A stretch of 32,000 nt of DNA from positions 1,170,001 through 1,202,000 of the forward strand of contig NC_000964.3 of the NCBI RefSeq assembly GCF_000009045.1, in the 5' to 3' direction. The translations under genes were made by a program, and so were the position numbers. Position 1 is the stretch's first letter. Every line of letters begins with the position of its first letter. The notes under the pieces are model-generated. The model was not told the origin of the DNA. It searched no databases and worked only from the letters and a program-made list of their open reading frames with translations. The stretch is from Bacillus subtilis subsp. subtilis str. 168. Lineage in GTDB: Bacteria > Bacillota > Bacilli > Bacillales > Bacillaceae. Shown one piece after another: positions 19,646 to 29,326 of this stretch.

Positions 19646-20005
19646 ATGGAGAATCAAGAGGTTGTTTTATCTATTGACGCAATTCAGGAGCCTGAACAAA
19701 TCAAGTTTAACATGTCGCTGAAGAACCAAAGCGAACGTGCTATTGAGTTTCAATTCAGCACAGGGCAAAAATTTGAACTTGTCGTGTATGATTCTGAGCA
19801 CAAAGAAAGATACCGTTATTCGAAAGAAAAAATGTTTACGCAGGCTTTTCAAAACCTGACGCTTGAATCTGGAGAAACATATGATTTCTCTGATGTGTGG
19901 AAGGAAGTCCCTGAGCCCGGAACCTATGAGGTAAAGGTGACATTTAAGGGCAGGGCGGAAAATCTCAAGCAGGTTCAGGCTGTTCAGCAGTTTGAAGTCA
20001 AATAA
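19646..20005 (+). CDS. ipi: Proteinase inhibitor Ipi (BsuPI). This is the conservative 119-aa form; the ORF is open in frame from 19541/19550
   Basis: The ATG at 19646 ([14 protein letters not shown]..) is preceded by AAGGAGGT. The same frame continues upstream to a GTG at 19550 that encodes a lipoprotein-type signal (see findings). Confidence 0.8.
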
Positions 20006-20006
20006 G

Positions 20007-20037
20007 AGGCTATGGCGAGTCGCCATAGCCTTTTTTT
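20007..20037. terminator. Bidirectional terminator between ipi and yizC
   Basis: Perfect 12-bp arms AGGCTATGGCGA-g-TCGCCATAGCCT followed by T7. The yizC stop codon lies in the T-run. Confidence 0.7.
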
Positions 20038-20233
20038 ATTGCAGTTTGTCCAGCTGATTTTGAAATTGATGCAACTGTTGACGTTCCGCATCTGTCGAAT
20101 TGGCATACGCAGAAGATACAGCATTTTTGGCTCTCAGAATCGCTTGCTCCTGATCGCCTTCCTCAAAGCCGTTTGTCACCATGACCGCCTGTTGAACAAA
20201 TGATTTTGCCTGCTGAAACAGTTCATTTCTCAT
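20036..20233 (-). CDS. yizC: Small hypothetical protein (65 aa, DUF3813-like)
   Basis: ORF-track entry MRNELFQQAKSFVQQAVMVTNGFEEGDQEQAILRAKNAVSSAYANSTDAERQQLHQFQNQLDKLQ. The gene symbol is assigned from remembered locus order and is less certain than the others. Confidence 0.65.
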   Translation of the reverse strand: MRNELFQQAKSFVQQAVMVTNGFEEGDQEQAILRAKNAVSSAYANSTDAERQQLHQFQNQLDKLQ

Positions 20234-20386
20234 TTAATATTCATACTGCCTTTCAGCCGAGTCTCGTGCCGCGGCATGCTGGTGAGCTTCTTCTAAAGTA
20301 GACCGATATGGAAATCTTGCGGCGTGTAGCCCGATGGAGTCTTTACCCTGCTGAATAAACCTTCTGGATTTGCTTCGTTTACCCAT
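20234..20386 (-). CDS. Small basic hypothetical protein (50 aa), immediately upstream of and abutting yizC
   Basis: Below the ORF-track size cut-off. The minus-strand ATG at 20386 lies 10 nt after GGAAGGGGG. It reads MGKRSKSRRFIQQGKDSIGLHAARFPYRSTLEEAHQHAAARDSAERQYEY. Its TAA is followed directly by the yizC ATG (TAAATG). Confidence 0.45.
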   Translation of the reverse strand: MGKRSKSRRFIQQGKDSIGLHAARFPYRSTLEEAHQHAAARDSAERQYEY

Positions 20387-20433
20387 TTTGAGACTGCCCC
20401 CTTCCATACTTTGACGAGATGAGTCGTCTTCAA

Positions 20434-20462
20434 TAGTATGGTGGGGTAAAGTAAGGTTTATG
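20434..20462 (-). promoter_or_regulatory. Candidate forespore (SigG/SigF-type) promoter for the two small ORFs
   Basis: Minus strand: tCATAA, 17 nt, CATACTA. The -10 matches my recalled SigG consensus CATnnTA. The -35 matches 4 of 5 positions of GHATR. Confidence 0.3.
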
Positions 20463-20489
20463 AGTGGGAAAAATTAATACGGACCTTCT

Positions 20490-21302
20490 TTAAAGTGAGA
20501 AATATTCTTTCAAAAACCTTGCCACGCCGTCCTCTTCATTTGTGGCCGTAGTTCGGTTGGCAATCTGCTTGACCGCGTCAATTCCATTTCCCATTGCAAC
20601 GCCGCAGCCTGCAAATTCAAGCATTTCCAAATCGTTATCCTCATCTCCAAAAGCAATGATCCGCTCCCTCGGCACGCCGTAATAATCGCTGATTTTCTGC
20701 AGGCCGACCGCTTTATTCATGCCGCTTTTGATAATTTCAATGACATGCCAAGGAGCGGCCCATCTTCTATGGTCGATCACCTCGGCATGCACATCCGATA
20801 AATATGAGCGTATTGCCGGCACATCCTCTTCCTTTGCATGTATGAGTACGGACGTCACATCTTCACCGAGATTTTCCCGCAAGTCTCCGACCGTTACATT
20901 TGTTGTGTTCATGTTAAAGGCATCTATCAGGTGCTCATCATGGTAATGAAAGTATACGTCGTCAATCACTTCAGCAAGCACGTTATGTACGTTGTAGCTC
21001 TCGCTGATATCCACGAGCTGTTTGACAACATCAAGCGGCAGTGACGTATGATACCGTCCCCAGCTGTCGTCTTGCGGATGATGGACAAATGCTCCGTTAA
21101 AATTGACAATTGGCGTTGTCAGCTCCATCTGCTGGTAGTACATGGAACTTGAACGATACGGACGGCCTGTTGAGATGCAGACATAATGCCCGTCATCTTT
21201 TAGGCGCTGTATCGTATGAAGGGTGTTTTCAGATATGGTTTTATCATCCTTTAATAATGTTCCATCTAAATCTAATGCGATTAAATAGGGTTTTGTCTCC
21301 AT
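20490..21302 (-). CDS. yitU: HAD-superfamily Cof-type phosphatase
   Basis: 270-aa ORF with HAD motif I (IALDLDGTLL) and motif IV (FGDEDNDLEM). Confidence 0.9.
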   Translation of the reverse strand: METKPYLIALDLDGTLLKDDKTISENTLHTIQRLKDDGHYVCISTGRPYRSSSMYYQQMELTTPIVNFNGAFVHHPQDDSWGRYHTSLPLDVVKQLVDISESYNVHNVLAEVIDDVYFHYHDEHLIDAFNMNTTNVTVGDLRENLGEDVTSVLIHAKEEDVPAIRSYLSDVHAEVIDHRRWAAPWHVIEIIKSGMNKAVGLQKISDYYGVPRERIIAFGDEDNDLEMLEFAGCGVAMGNGIDAVKQIANRTTATNEEDGVARFLKEYFSL

Positions 21303-21422
21303 GAAAAGCTCCTTTAACCTTAGATTTTGCTTGTTTTGCCTTACTTACAGTGTAGCTTTTTACCATCTTTATTGTCTACATGTTACACTTATGATTATGG
21401 TTATCCTAAGGAGGGGCACATT

Positions 21423-22190
21423 GTGATACAAATTGAGAATCAAACCGTTTCCGGTATTCCGTTTTTACATATTGTAAAGGAAGAGAACAGGCACCGCGCT
21501 GTTCCTCTCGTGATCTTTATACATGGTTTTACAAGCGCGAAGGAACACAACCTTCATATTGCTTATCTGCTTGCGGAGAAGGGTTTTAGAGCCGTTCTGC
21601 CGGAGGCTTTGCACCATGGGGAACGGGGAGAAGAAATGGCTGTTGAAGAGCTGGCGGGGCATTTTTGGGATATCGTCCTCAACGAGATTGAAGAGATCGG
21701 CGTACTTAAAAACCATTTTGAAAAAGAGGGCCTGATAGACGGCGGCCGCATCGGTCTCGCAGGCACGTCAATGGGCGGCATCACAACGCTTGGCGCTTTG
21801 ACTGCATATGATTGGATAAAAGCCGGCGTCAGCCTGATGGGAAGCCCGAATTACGTGGAGCTGTTTCAGCAGCAGATTGACCATATTCAATCTCAGGGCA
21901 TTGAAATCGATGTGCCGGAAGAGAAGGTACAGCAGCTGATGAAACGTCTCGAGTTGCGGGATCTCAGCCTTCAGCCGGAGAAACTGCAACAGCGCCCGCT
22001 TTTATTTTGGCACGGCGCAAAAGATAAAGTTGTGCCTTACGCGCCGACCCGGAAATTTTATGACACGATTAAATCCCATTACAGCGAGCAGCCGGAACGC
22101 CTGCAATTTATCGGAGATGAAAACGCTGACCATAAAGTCCCGCGGGCAGCTGTGTTAAAAACGATTGAATGGTTTGAAACGTACTTATAA
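21423..22190 (+). CDS. yitV: Alpha/beta-hydrolase (esterase/dipeptidyl-peptidase-like)
   Basis: The track ORF starts at 21327. The GTG at 21423 lies 6 nt after AAGGAGGGG and gives 255 aa. Nucleophile elbow GTSMGG; C-terminal histidine in ADHKV. Confidence 0.85.
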   Translation: MIQIENQTVSGIPFLHIVKEENRHRAVPLVIFIHGFTSAKEHNLHIAYLLAEKGFRAVLPEALHHGERGEEMAVEELAGHFWDIVLNEIEEIGVLKNHFEKEGLIDGGRIGLAGTSMGGITTLGALTAYDWIKAGVSLMGSPNYVELFQQQIDHIQSQGIEIDVPEEKVQQLMKRLELRDLSLQPEKLQQRPLLFWHGAKDKVVPYAPTRKFYDTIKSHYSEQPERLQFIGDENADHKVPRAAVLKTIEWFETYL

Positions 22191-22202
22191 AGCACTAAGT
22201 TA

Positions 22203-22230
22203 TTAACAAGAGCTGAATTTACGTTATACT
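22203..22230 (+). promoter_or_regulatory. Candidate sigma-A promoter of yitW
   Basis: TTAACA, 16 nt, TATACT, about 25 nt upstream of the yitW start. Confidence 0.4.
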
Positions 22231-22253
22231 GTAGAAAAAAGGAGTGAGGGAAC

Positions 22254-22562
22254 GTGGAAGAAGCATTAAAAGAAAACATCATGGGCGCCCTGGAACAGGT
22301 TGTCGATCCTGAGCTTGGCGTTGATATCGTGAACCTCGGCTTGGTATATGACGTTGATATGGATGAAGATGGCTTGACGCACATCACCATGACGCTAACA
22401 TCAATGGGATGCCCTTTAGCGCCGATTATCGTGGATGAGGTGAAAAAAGCATTAGCGGACCTTCCTGAAGTGAAAGACACAGAGGTTCACATTGTATGGA
22501 ATCCGCCTTGGACTAGGGATAAAATGTCCAGATACGCAAAAATTGCGCTTGGCATTCAATAA
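22254..22562 (+). CDS. yitW: DUF59/MIP18-family Fe-S cluster assembly protein (SufT-like)
   Basis: 102-aa ORF. GTG start after AAAAGGAGTGAGGG. Motif DPELGVDIVNLGLVY and the conserved cysteine in TSMGCPLA. Confidence 0.88.
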   Translation: MEEALKENIMGALEQVVDPELGVDIVNLGLVYDVDMDEDGLTHITMTLTSMGCPLAPIIVDEVKKALADLPEVKDTEVHIVWNPPWTRDKMSRYAKIALGIQ

Positions 22563-22568
22563 AACAAA

Positions 22569-22603
22569 AAAGGACAGCCTGACATGTGAGGCTGTCCTTT
22601 TTT
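22569..22603 (+). terminator. Intrinsic terminator of yitW
   Basis: AGGACAGCC, a 10-nt loop, GGCTGTCCT, followed by TTTTT. Confidence 0.75.
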
Positions 22604-22626
22604 ACAGCTGAAAGGAGTGAAAGGAA

Positions 22627-22797
22627 ATGATGTACCTGCTGGCAGTTTTATGCCCGCCGCTTGCTGTTTTGTTTTCGGGAAAACCGTTTCAGGCCTTGCT
22701 GAATCTCATATTGACCTGTATCTTTTGGCTGCCGGGCGCGATTCACGCCTGCTTTATCGTCGCCGACCGCCGTGCCGAAAAACGGGCAAGAAGATAA
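22627..22797 (+). CDS. yizD: Pmp3/YqaE-family (UPF0057) small hydrophobic membrane protein, 56 aa
   Basis: Not in the ORF track, which lists a different frame at 22617-22829. The ATG at 22627 follows AAAGGAGTGAAAGGAA. It reads MMYLLAVLCPPLAVLFSGKPFQALLNLILTCIFWLPGAIHACFIVADRRAEKRARR, matching the Pmp3 pattern (PPLAV .. LP-G-IHA). The gene symbol is from remembered locus order only. Confidence 0.72.
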   Translation: MMYLLAVLCPPLAVLFSGKPFQALLNLILTCIFWLPGAIHACFIVADRRAEKRARR

Positions 22798-24287
<1,490 letters not shown>

Positions 24288-24288
<1 letters not shown>

Positions 24289-24827
24289 TGGGGAAAAACA
24301 AATTAAAATGGCTGACATTATCACAAAGCAGCGTGTTTTTCGCAAGCAGCTTAATCTTTCCGTTTTATATTCTGTTTGTGAAAAATATCGGCTCAAGCTA
24401 CACACAGTTCGGTTTTTCCTACGGATTGTTCGGGTTGAGCGGAGCGCTTATTTACCCGCTCCTCGGACGGCTGTCTGAAAGGTTTGACAGCCGTTATTTT
24501 CTGCTTCTGAACTCGTGGGGGATGGCTGTTCTGCTTTTATATGTCCCGCATATCGGAAGCGTCGTTCAAGTGTATATCGTCCAAGTGCTGTTAGGGCTCT
24601 TTGGAGCGATGCAAAAGCATGGAGAAAAAGTGCTGATCGCTAATTTTACAGACAGTGGAGAGCGTGGAAAGAAGATCGGGAATTACCATTTTTGGACAGC
24701 TGTCTTTTCAGCAGCAGCCATTATGCTCGGGGGCTTTCTCGCTGACTTTTTCACAGTGCAAATGATTTTTTATGCAAGCTCTATTCTATATTTTTTGAGT
24801 GGATTGATGATGATGAAAACAGGCTGA
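24288..24827 (+). CDS. yitZ: Six-TM half-size MFS-like membrane protein
   Basis: 179-aa ORF. Its ATG overlaps the yitY TAA (TAATG). It has six hydrophobic segments and an MFS motif-A-like loop (GRLSERFDSR) between TM2 and TM3. Confidence 0.8.
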
Positions 24828-24847
24828 CGCGGTCAGCCTGTTTTTTT
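24816..24847 (+). terminator. Intrinsic terminator of yitY-yitZ
   Basis: CAGGCTGAC-gcg-GTCAGCCTG followed by T7. The yitZ stop codon lies in the left arm. Confidence 0.8.
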
Positions 24848-24940
24848 ATGCGGCTGAAATGCGGCACCGCATCAACGTTTTTGTGCTGGAGTCGTGCTGA
24901 TTTTTTTTGAGCGGAATTCCCATTGAACAGAAAATTTATA

Positions 24941-24994
24941 AATGAATAAAAATATTAAATATACGATTGAATTAATTTTTATTCATGTTATAAT
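24941..24994 (+). promoter_or_regulatory. argC promoter with overlapping AhrC operator (ARG/ARC boxes)
   Basis: -35 TTGAAT (24967-72), 16 nt, extended -10 TGtTATAAT (24986-94). The 12-mer ATGAATAAAAAT occurs at 24942-53, and its exact reverse complement occurs at 24975-86, inside the promoter spacer. Confidence 0.65.
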
Positions 24995-25033
24995 GTTAAA
25001 TAATTTCACAAAGACCAAGAGGGTGAACTTGTT

Positions 25034-26071
25034 TTGAAAATAGGAATTGTAGGTGCTACAGGATATGGAGGCACCGAACTTGTCAGGATTCTTTCGCATC
25101 ATCCTCATGCAGAGGAATGCATACTTTATTCATCCAGCGGAGAAGGGAATGTCTATAGCGAGGGTTATCCTCATCTTACCGGCTTAGCGGATCAGCAGCT
25201 GAAGCCGATTGATATGAATACGATCAAACACGAAATAGATATCATGTTTCTCGCTGCGCCGCCCGGAGTATCAAGTGAATTGACTCCAAAGCTGGCAGAC
25301 GCGGGAATTACGGTTATTGATCTGTCAGGTGATCTGAGGATAAAAGAACCGGCTGAATATGAAAAATGGTATAAACGGACAGCGGCACCGAAGGCGGTGA
25401 TTCAAGAGGCGGTATACGGTCTGGCAGAACTGAATCAACTGCAAATTCAACAGGCGAAACTCATTGCCAATCCAGGCTGTTTTCCAACAGCTGTTTTGCT
25501 TGGCCTCGCGCCATTGGCTCAAAAGAAACTGCTCGATGAATCTTTCGTTATCGTTGACGCGAAGACCGGTGTTTCCGGAGCGGGAAGAAAAGCATCCATG
25601 GGAACTCATTTTTCTGAGCTGAACGACAATTTTAAAATTTATAAAGTCAATGAACATCAGCACACGCCGGAAATTGAGCAGGCGCTGAATGAATGGCAGC
25701 CAGGTCTCGGGCCCATTACATTTTCGGCTCACTTGGTTCCGATGACAAGGGGCATCATGGCGACGATGTATACCAGATTAACCTGTGACCTAACCGCAGA
25801 TGACCTGCATGATTTATATTCGGAATTTTACCAAGATTCATATTTTGTGAGAGTGAGGCCAAAAGGTCAGTACCCGCAAACGAAAGAAGTGTACGGCAGC
25901 AATTTCTGTGATATCGCCGTGACCCTCGATGAGAGAACGAACAGAGTCACGATCGTCTCGGTAATCGATAATTTAATGAAGGGTGCCGCCGGTCAGGCAG
26001 TGCAAAACTTTAATTTGATGAATGGCTGGAATGAAGAAACTGGACTCACCATCACGCCAATTTATCCATAG
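25034..26071 (+). CDS. argC: N-acetyl-gamma-glutamyl-phosphate reductase
   Basis: 345-aa ORF. TTG start after AGAGGGTGA. GATGYGG NAD(P)-binding motif and the catalytic cysteine in NPGCFPT. Confidence 0.95.
   Translation: MKIGIVGATGYGGTELVRILSHHPHAEECILYSSSGEGNVYSEGYPHLTGLADQQLKPIDMNTIKHEIDIMFLAAPPGVSSELTPKLADAGITVIDLSGDLRIKEPAEYEKWYKRTAAPKAVIQEAVYGLAELNQLQIQQAKLIANPGCFPTAVLLGLAPLAQKKLLDESFVIVDAKTGVSGAGRKASMGTHFSELNDNFKIYKVNEHQHTPEIEQALNEWQPGLGPITFSAHLVPMTRGIMATMYTRLTCDLTADDLHDLYSEFYQDSYFVRVRPKGQYPQTKEVYGSNFCDIAVTLDERTNRVTIVSVIDNLMKGAAGQAVQNFNLMNGWNEETGLTITPIYP
25116..25133 (+). promoter_or_regulatory. Intragenic ARC box (second AhrC operator) within the 5' end of argC
   Basis: AATGCATACTTTATTCAT. 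Its reverse complement ATGAATAAAGTATGCATT resembles the ARC consensus CATGAATAAAAATGCAAG. Confidence 0.5.
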
Positions 26072-26090
26072 AACGGGAGAGAATCGAACC

Positions 26091-27311
26091 ATGATTCAGT
26101 TAAGTGAAGATCAAATTGTAAAAGTAACAGGTGATGTATCCTCGCCAAAAGGGTTTCAGGCAAAGGGTGTGCATTGCGGACTGCGCTACTCGAAAAAAGA
26201 CCTCGGCGTCATTATCAGCGAGACACCGGCCGTGAGTGCAGCAGTTTATACCCAAAGCCACTTTCAGGCTGCTCCGATCAAAGTGACACAAGACAGCTTA
26301 AAGCACGGACCGACACTGAAAGCCGTCATCGTCAACAGCGCCATTGCCAACGCCTGCACGGGAGAACAGGGCTTAAAGGACGCATACACAATGCGGGAGA
26401 GCTTTGCTTCACAGCTTGGCATTGAGCCGGAGCTTGTCGCTGTTTCATCAACGGGTGTCATCGGCGAGCATTTAGACATGGAAAAAATCCACGCGGGGAT
26501 CGAACTGCTGAAAGAAACACCTGCGGGATCAGGCGATTTTGAGGAAGCGATTTTAACAACTGATACGGTGATCAAGCAGACGTGCTATGAACTGGCAATC
26601 GGCGGCAAAACAGTCACGATCGGCGGAGCGGCCAAAGGCTCTGGGATGATACACCCGAACATGGCCACGATGCTGGGATTTGTGACAACTGACGCGGCAA
26701 TCGAAGAAAAAGCGCTGCAAAAGGCGCTTCGGGAAATCACTGACGTTTCATTTAACCAAATCACAGTTGACGGAGAAACATCCACGAACGACATGGTATT
26801 AGTTATGGCGAATGGCTGCGCCGAAAACGAGTGCCTGACAGAAGACCATCCAGACTGGCCGGTCTTTAAAAAAGCGCTCTTGCTCACTTGTGAGGATCTA
26901 GCTAAAGAGATTGCCAGAGACGGAGAAGGCGCGACAAAACTAATTGAAGCCCAAGTACAGGGAGCGAAAAACAATCTTGATGCAAACGTCATTGCCAAAA
27001 AGATTGTCGGCTCAAATCTTGTAAAAACGGCAGTATACGGAACAGATGCCAACTGGGGGCGGATCATCGGAGCCATCGGACACTCCGCAGCACAGGTGAC
27101 GGCAGAAGAAGTAGAGGTTTATCTTGGCGGCCAATGCCTGTTTAAGAATAACGAACCTCAGCCATTCTCTGAATCTATCGCCAAGGAATACCTTGAAGGA
27201 GATGAAATCACCATTGTCATCAAGATGGCTGAAGGGGACGGAAACGGGAGAGCGTGGGGCTGTGACCTGACCTATGACTATATCAAAATTAACGCGAGCT
27301 ATCGCACGTAA
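26091..27311 (+). CDS. argJ: Bifunctional ornithine acetyltransferase / N-acetylglutamate synthase
   Basis: The track ORF starts at 26022 inside argC. The ATG at 26091 (MIQLSEDQIVK..) follows GGGAGAG and gives 406 aa. The autoprocessing site is PNMATMLGFVTTDA. Confidence 0.95.
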   Translation: MIQLSEDQIVKVTGDVSSPKGFQAKGVHCGLRYSKKDLGVIISETPAVSAAVYTQSHFQAAPIKVTQDSLKHGPTLKAVIVNSAIANACTGEQGLKDAYTMRESFASQLGIEPELVAVSSTGVIGEHLDMEKIHAGIELLKETPAGSGDFEEAILTTDTVIKQTCYELAIGGKTVTIGGAAKGSGMIHPNMATMLGFVTTDAAIEEKALQKALREITDVSFNQITVDGETSTNDMVLVMANGCAENECLTEDHPDWPVFKKALLLTCEDLAKEIARDGEGATKLIEAQVQGAKNNLDANVIAKKIVGSNLVKTAVYGTDANWGRIIGAIGHSAAQVTAEEVEVYLGGQCLFKNNEPQPFSESIAKEYLEGDEITIVIKMAEGDGNGRAWGCDLTYDYIKINASYRT

Positions 27312-27325
27312 TAAAGGGGAGCGAA

Positions 27326-28102
27326 ATGAAGAAAACAATCGTTTTTAAATGCGGGGGAAGCGTCATCCGTGAGCTGTCGGAGGAATTTTATCAAAATCTG
27401 AAAGAGCTGAGGGCGTCAGGCTGGAAGCTGGCAATCGTACATGGCGGGGGACCGGAAATCACAAATATGCTGAAACGGTTAAATATCAAGACAGAGTTTT
27501 CGGGCGGACAGAGGAAAACAACGAAGCCGGTGCTGGAAGTGGCGGAAATGGTTTTATCCGGTTCTGTCAATAAATTTTTCGTTGCTGAGCTTGCCAAACA
27601 CGGACTGCGAGCCGCGGGCATTTCTGGTAAGGATGGCGGTCTTTTGGAGGCTGATTATCTAGATCCGGAAACATACGGAGAAGTGGGAGAAATCAAAAAA
27701 GTCGATGCGTCCATGGTGAACGCGCTGATGGAAAATGGCATCATCCCCGTTATTGCGCCGCTGTCTATGACAAGCGACTGCAAAACGCTGAATGTAAATG
27801 CTGATCTGGCTGCTTCAGCAGTCGCCGGAGCGCTTGAAGCCGATAAGCTGATGTTCGTCACGGATGTCGATGGAATCATGAAGGAAAAGCAGCGTCTGGA
27901 CGTCCTGACCCCTAAGGAGATTCAGATGCTGATCAAGCAGGAAGTGATCACAGGAGGGATGATCCCGAAGGTCAATTCAGCCTTGTCAGCTTTATCAGAT
28001 CAGGTGTCTGAAGTCATGATCGTAAACGGTAAAGGATCATTCTTCGCAGAACAAACCTTTCAAGGGACAAAAATTGTCAAAGCAAAGGAGGCTGTTTCAT
28101 GA
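27326..28102 (+). CDS. argB: N-acetylglutamate kinase
   Basis: 258-aa ORF with the motifs VFKCGGS and VHGGGP. Its stop overlaps the argD start (ATGA). Confidence 0.95.
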   Translation: MKKTIVFKCGGSVIRELSEEFYQNLKELRASGWKLAIVHGGGPEITNMLKRLNIKTEFSGGQRKTTKPVLEVAEMVLSGSVNKFFVAELAKHGLRAAGISGKDGGLLEADYLDPETYGEVGEIKKVDASMVNALMENGIIPVIAPLSMTSDCKTLNVNADLAASAVAGALEADKLMFVTDVDGIMKEKQRLDVLTPKEIQMLIKQEVITGGMIPKVNSALSALSDQVSEVMIVNGKGSFFAEQTFQGTKIVKAKEAVS

Positions 28103-29256
28103 GCAGCTTGTTTCAAACCTACGGCCGTTGGGATATTGACATCAAAAAAGCAAAGGGAACGTACGTTGAGGATCAAAACGGCAAAACGTACCTTGATTTC
28201 ATTCAGGGGATTGCGGTATCAAATCTAGGACACTGCCATGAAGCGGTGACAGAGGCAGTCAAAAAACAGCTTGACAGCGTATGGCACGTATCCAACCTGT
28301 TTCAAAACAGTCTCCAAGAGCAAGCGGCGCAGAAGCTGGCAGCGCATAGTGCGGGAGATCTTGTCTTTTTCTGCAACAGCGGCGCGGAGGCGAATGAAGG
28401 TGCGATAAAGCTTGCCAGAAAAGCAACTGGAAAAACAAAAATCATCACTTTTCTTCAGTCGTTCCATGGCCGCACGTATGCAGGGATGGCTGCGACCGGA
28501 CAGGATAAAATCAAAACAGGCTTCGGCCCGATGCTTGGAGGCTTTCACTACCTGCCATACAATGATCCTTCTGCTTTTAAAGCTCTTGGGGAGGAAGGCG
28601 ATATTGCCGCGGTGATGCTTGAAACAGTGCAGGGAGAAGGAGGAGTCAATCCGGCGAGTGCTGAATTTTTATCAGCCGTACAGTCGTTTTGCAAGGAAAA
28701 GCAAGCCCTTCTCATTATTGATGAAATCCAGACCGGCATCGGACGGACGGGAAAAGGCTTCGCATATGAGCACTTCGGACTCTCACCGGATATCATCACA
28801 GTCGCCAAAGGATTGGGAAACGGCTTTCCGGTCGGCGCTGTCATCGGAAAGAAACAGCTTGGAGAAGCGTTTACCCCTGGTTCTCACGGAACGACTTTCG
28901 GAGGAAACATGCTGGCGATGGCTGCTGTGAATGCCACATTGCAAATTGTATTCCAGCCTGACTTTTTGCAAGAGGCTGCTGACAAAGGGGCGTTTTTAAA
29001 AGAACAGCTTGAGGCAGAGCTAAAGAGCCCTTTTGTTAAACAAATCCGAGGTAAAGGATTAATGCTTGGAATTGAGTGTGATGGCCCGGTTGCTGACATT
29101 ATTGCTGAATTGCAGACATTAGGCTTGCTTGTATTGCCGGCCGGCCCGAACGTGATTCGGCTGCTGCCGCCGCTCACCGTGACTAAGGATGAAATAGCAG
29201 AAGCCGTCAGCAAGCTGAAACAGGCAATCGCTCATCATTCCGCTGTAAACCAGTGA
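28099..29256 (+). CDS. argD: Acetylornithine aminotransferase (class III PLP)
   Basis: 385-aa ORF with [15 protein letters not shown] and the PLP-lysine context TVAKGLGNG. Confidence 0.95.
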   Translation: MSSLFQTYGRWDIDIKKAKGTYVEDQNGKTYLDFIQGIAVSNLGHCHEAVTEAVKKQLDSVWHVSNLFQNSLQEQAAQKLAAHSAGDLVFFCNSGAEANEGAIKLARKATGKTKIITFLQSFHGRTYAGMAATGQDKIKTGFGPMLGGFHYLPYNDPSAFKALGEEGDIAAVMLETVQGEGGVNPASAEFLSAVQSFCKEKQALLIIDEIQTGIGRTGKGFAYEHFGLSPDIITVAKGLGNGFPVGAVIGKKQLGEAFTPGSHGTTFGGNMLAMAAVNATLQIVFQPDFLQEAADKGAFLKEQLEAELKSPFVKQIRGKGLMLGIECDGPVADIIAELQTLGLLVLPAGPNVIRLLPPLTVTKDEIAEAVSKLKQAIAHHSAVNQ

Positions 29257-29272
29257 TTTTTTTTCGATATAA

Positions 29273-29309
29273 AGGCATAAAAATTCATTTTTATAATTAA
29301 TTATTCATC
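29273..29309 (-). promoter_or_regulatory. Tandem ARG-box-like pair in the argD-carA intergenic gap
   Basis: The minus strand reads GATGAATAATTAATTATA (29309-29292) and AAATGAATTTTTATGCCT (29290-29273). Each has TGAAT + 4 A/T + a partial ATTCA. The centres are 19 bp apart. Confidence 0.3.
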
Positions 29310-29326
29310 AAGAGGTGGGCTGTTAG

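Noticed and set aside
24848-24940. A small hairpin (ATGCGG-cac-CGCAT) and a T8 run after the yitZ terminator, considered as a second terminator or small RNA.
   Set aside because: The stem is only 5-6 bp and is not adjacent to the T-run. There is no promoter-like element, so the evidence is insufficient.
24930-25020. An extremely AT-rich block upstream of argC, considered as possible foreign DNA or a mobile-element end.
   Set aside because: It is fully explained by the argC promoter and the ARG/ARC operator boxes.
26264-27338. Long antisense ORFs (103, 163 and 108 aa) opposite argJ, with similar ones opposite argB, argD, carB, yitJ, yitT, yitV and nprB (e.g. 27391-27879, 28225-29213, 30656-30865, 31433-31723, 9232-9946, 18850-19263, 21465-21989, 16730-17155).
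   Set aside because: All are embedded in strongly supported genes. They are Ser/Pro/Ala-rich translations typical of the reverse strand of coding DNA and lack start-site signals.
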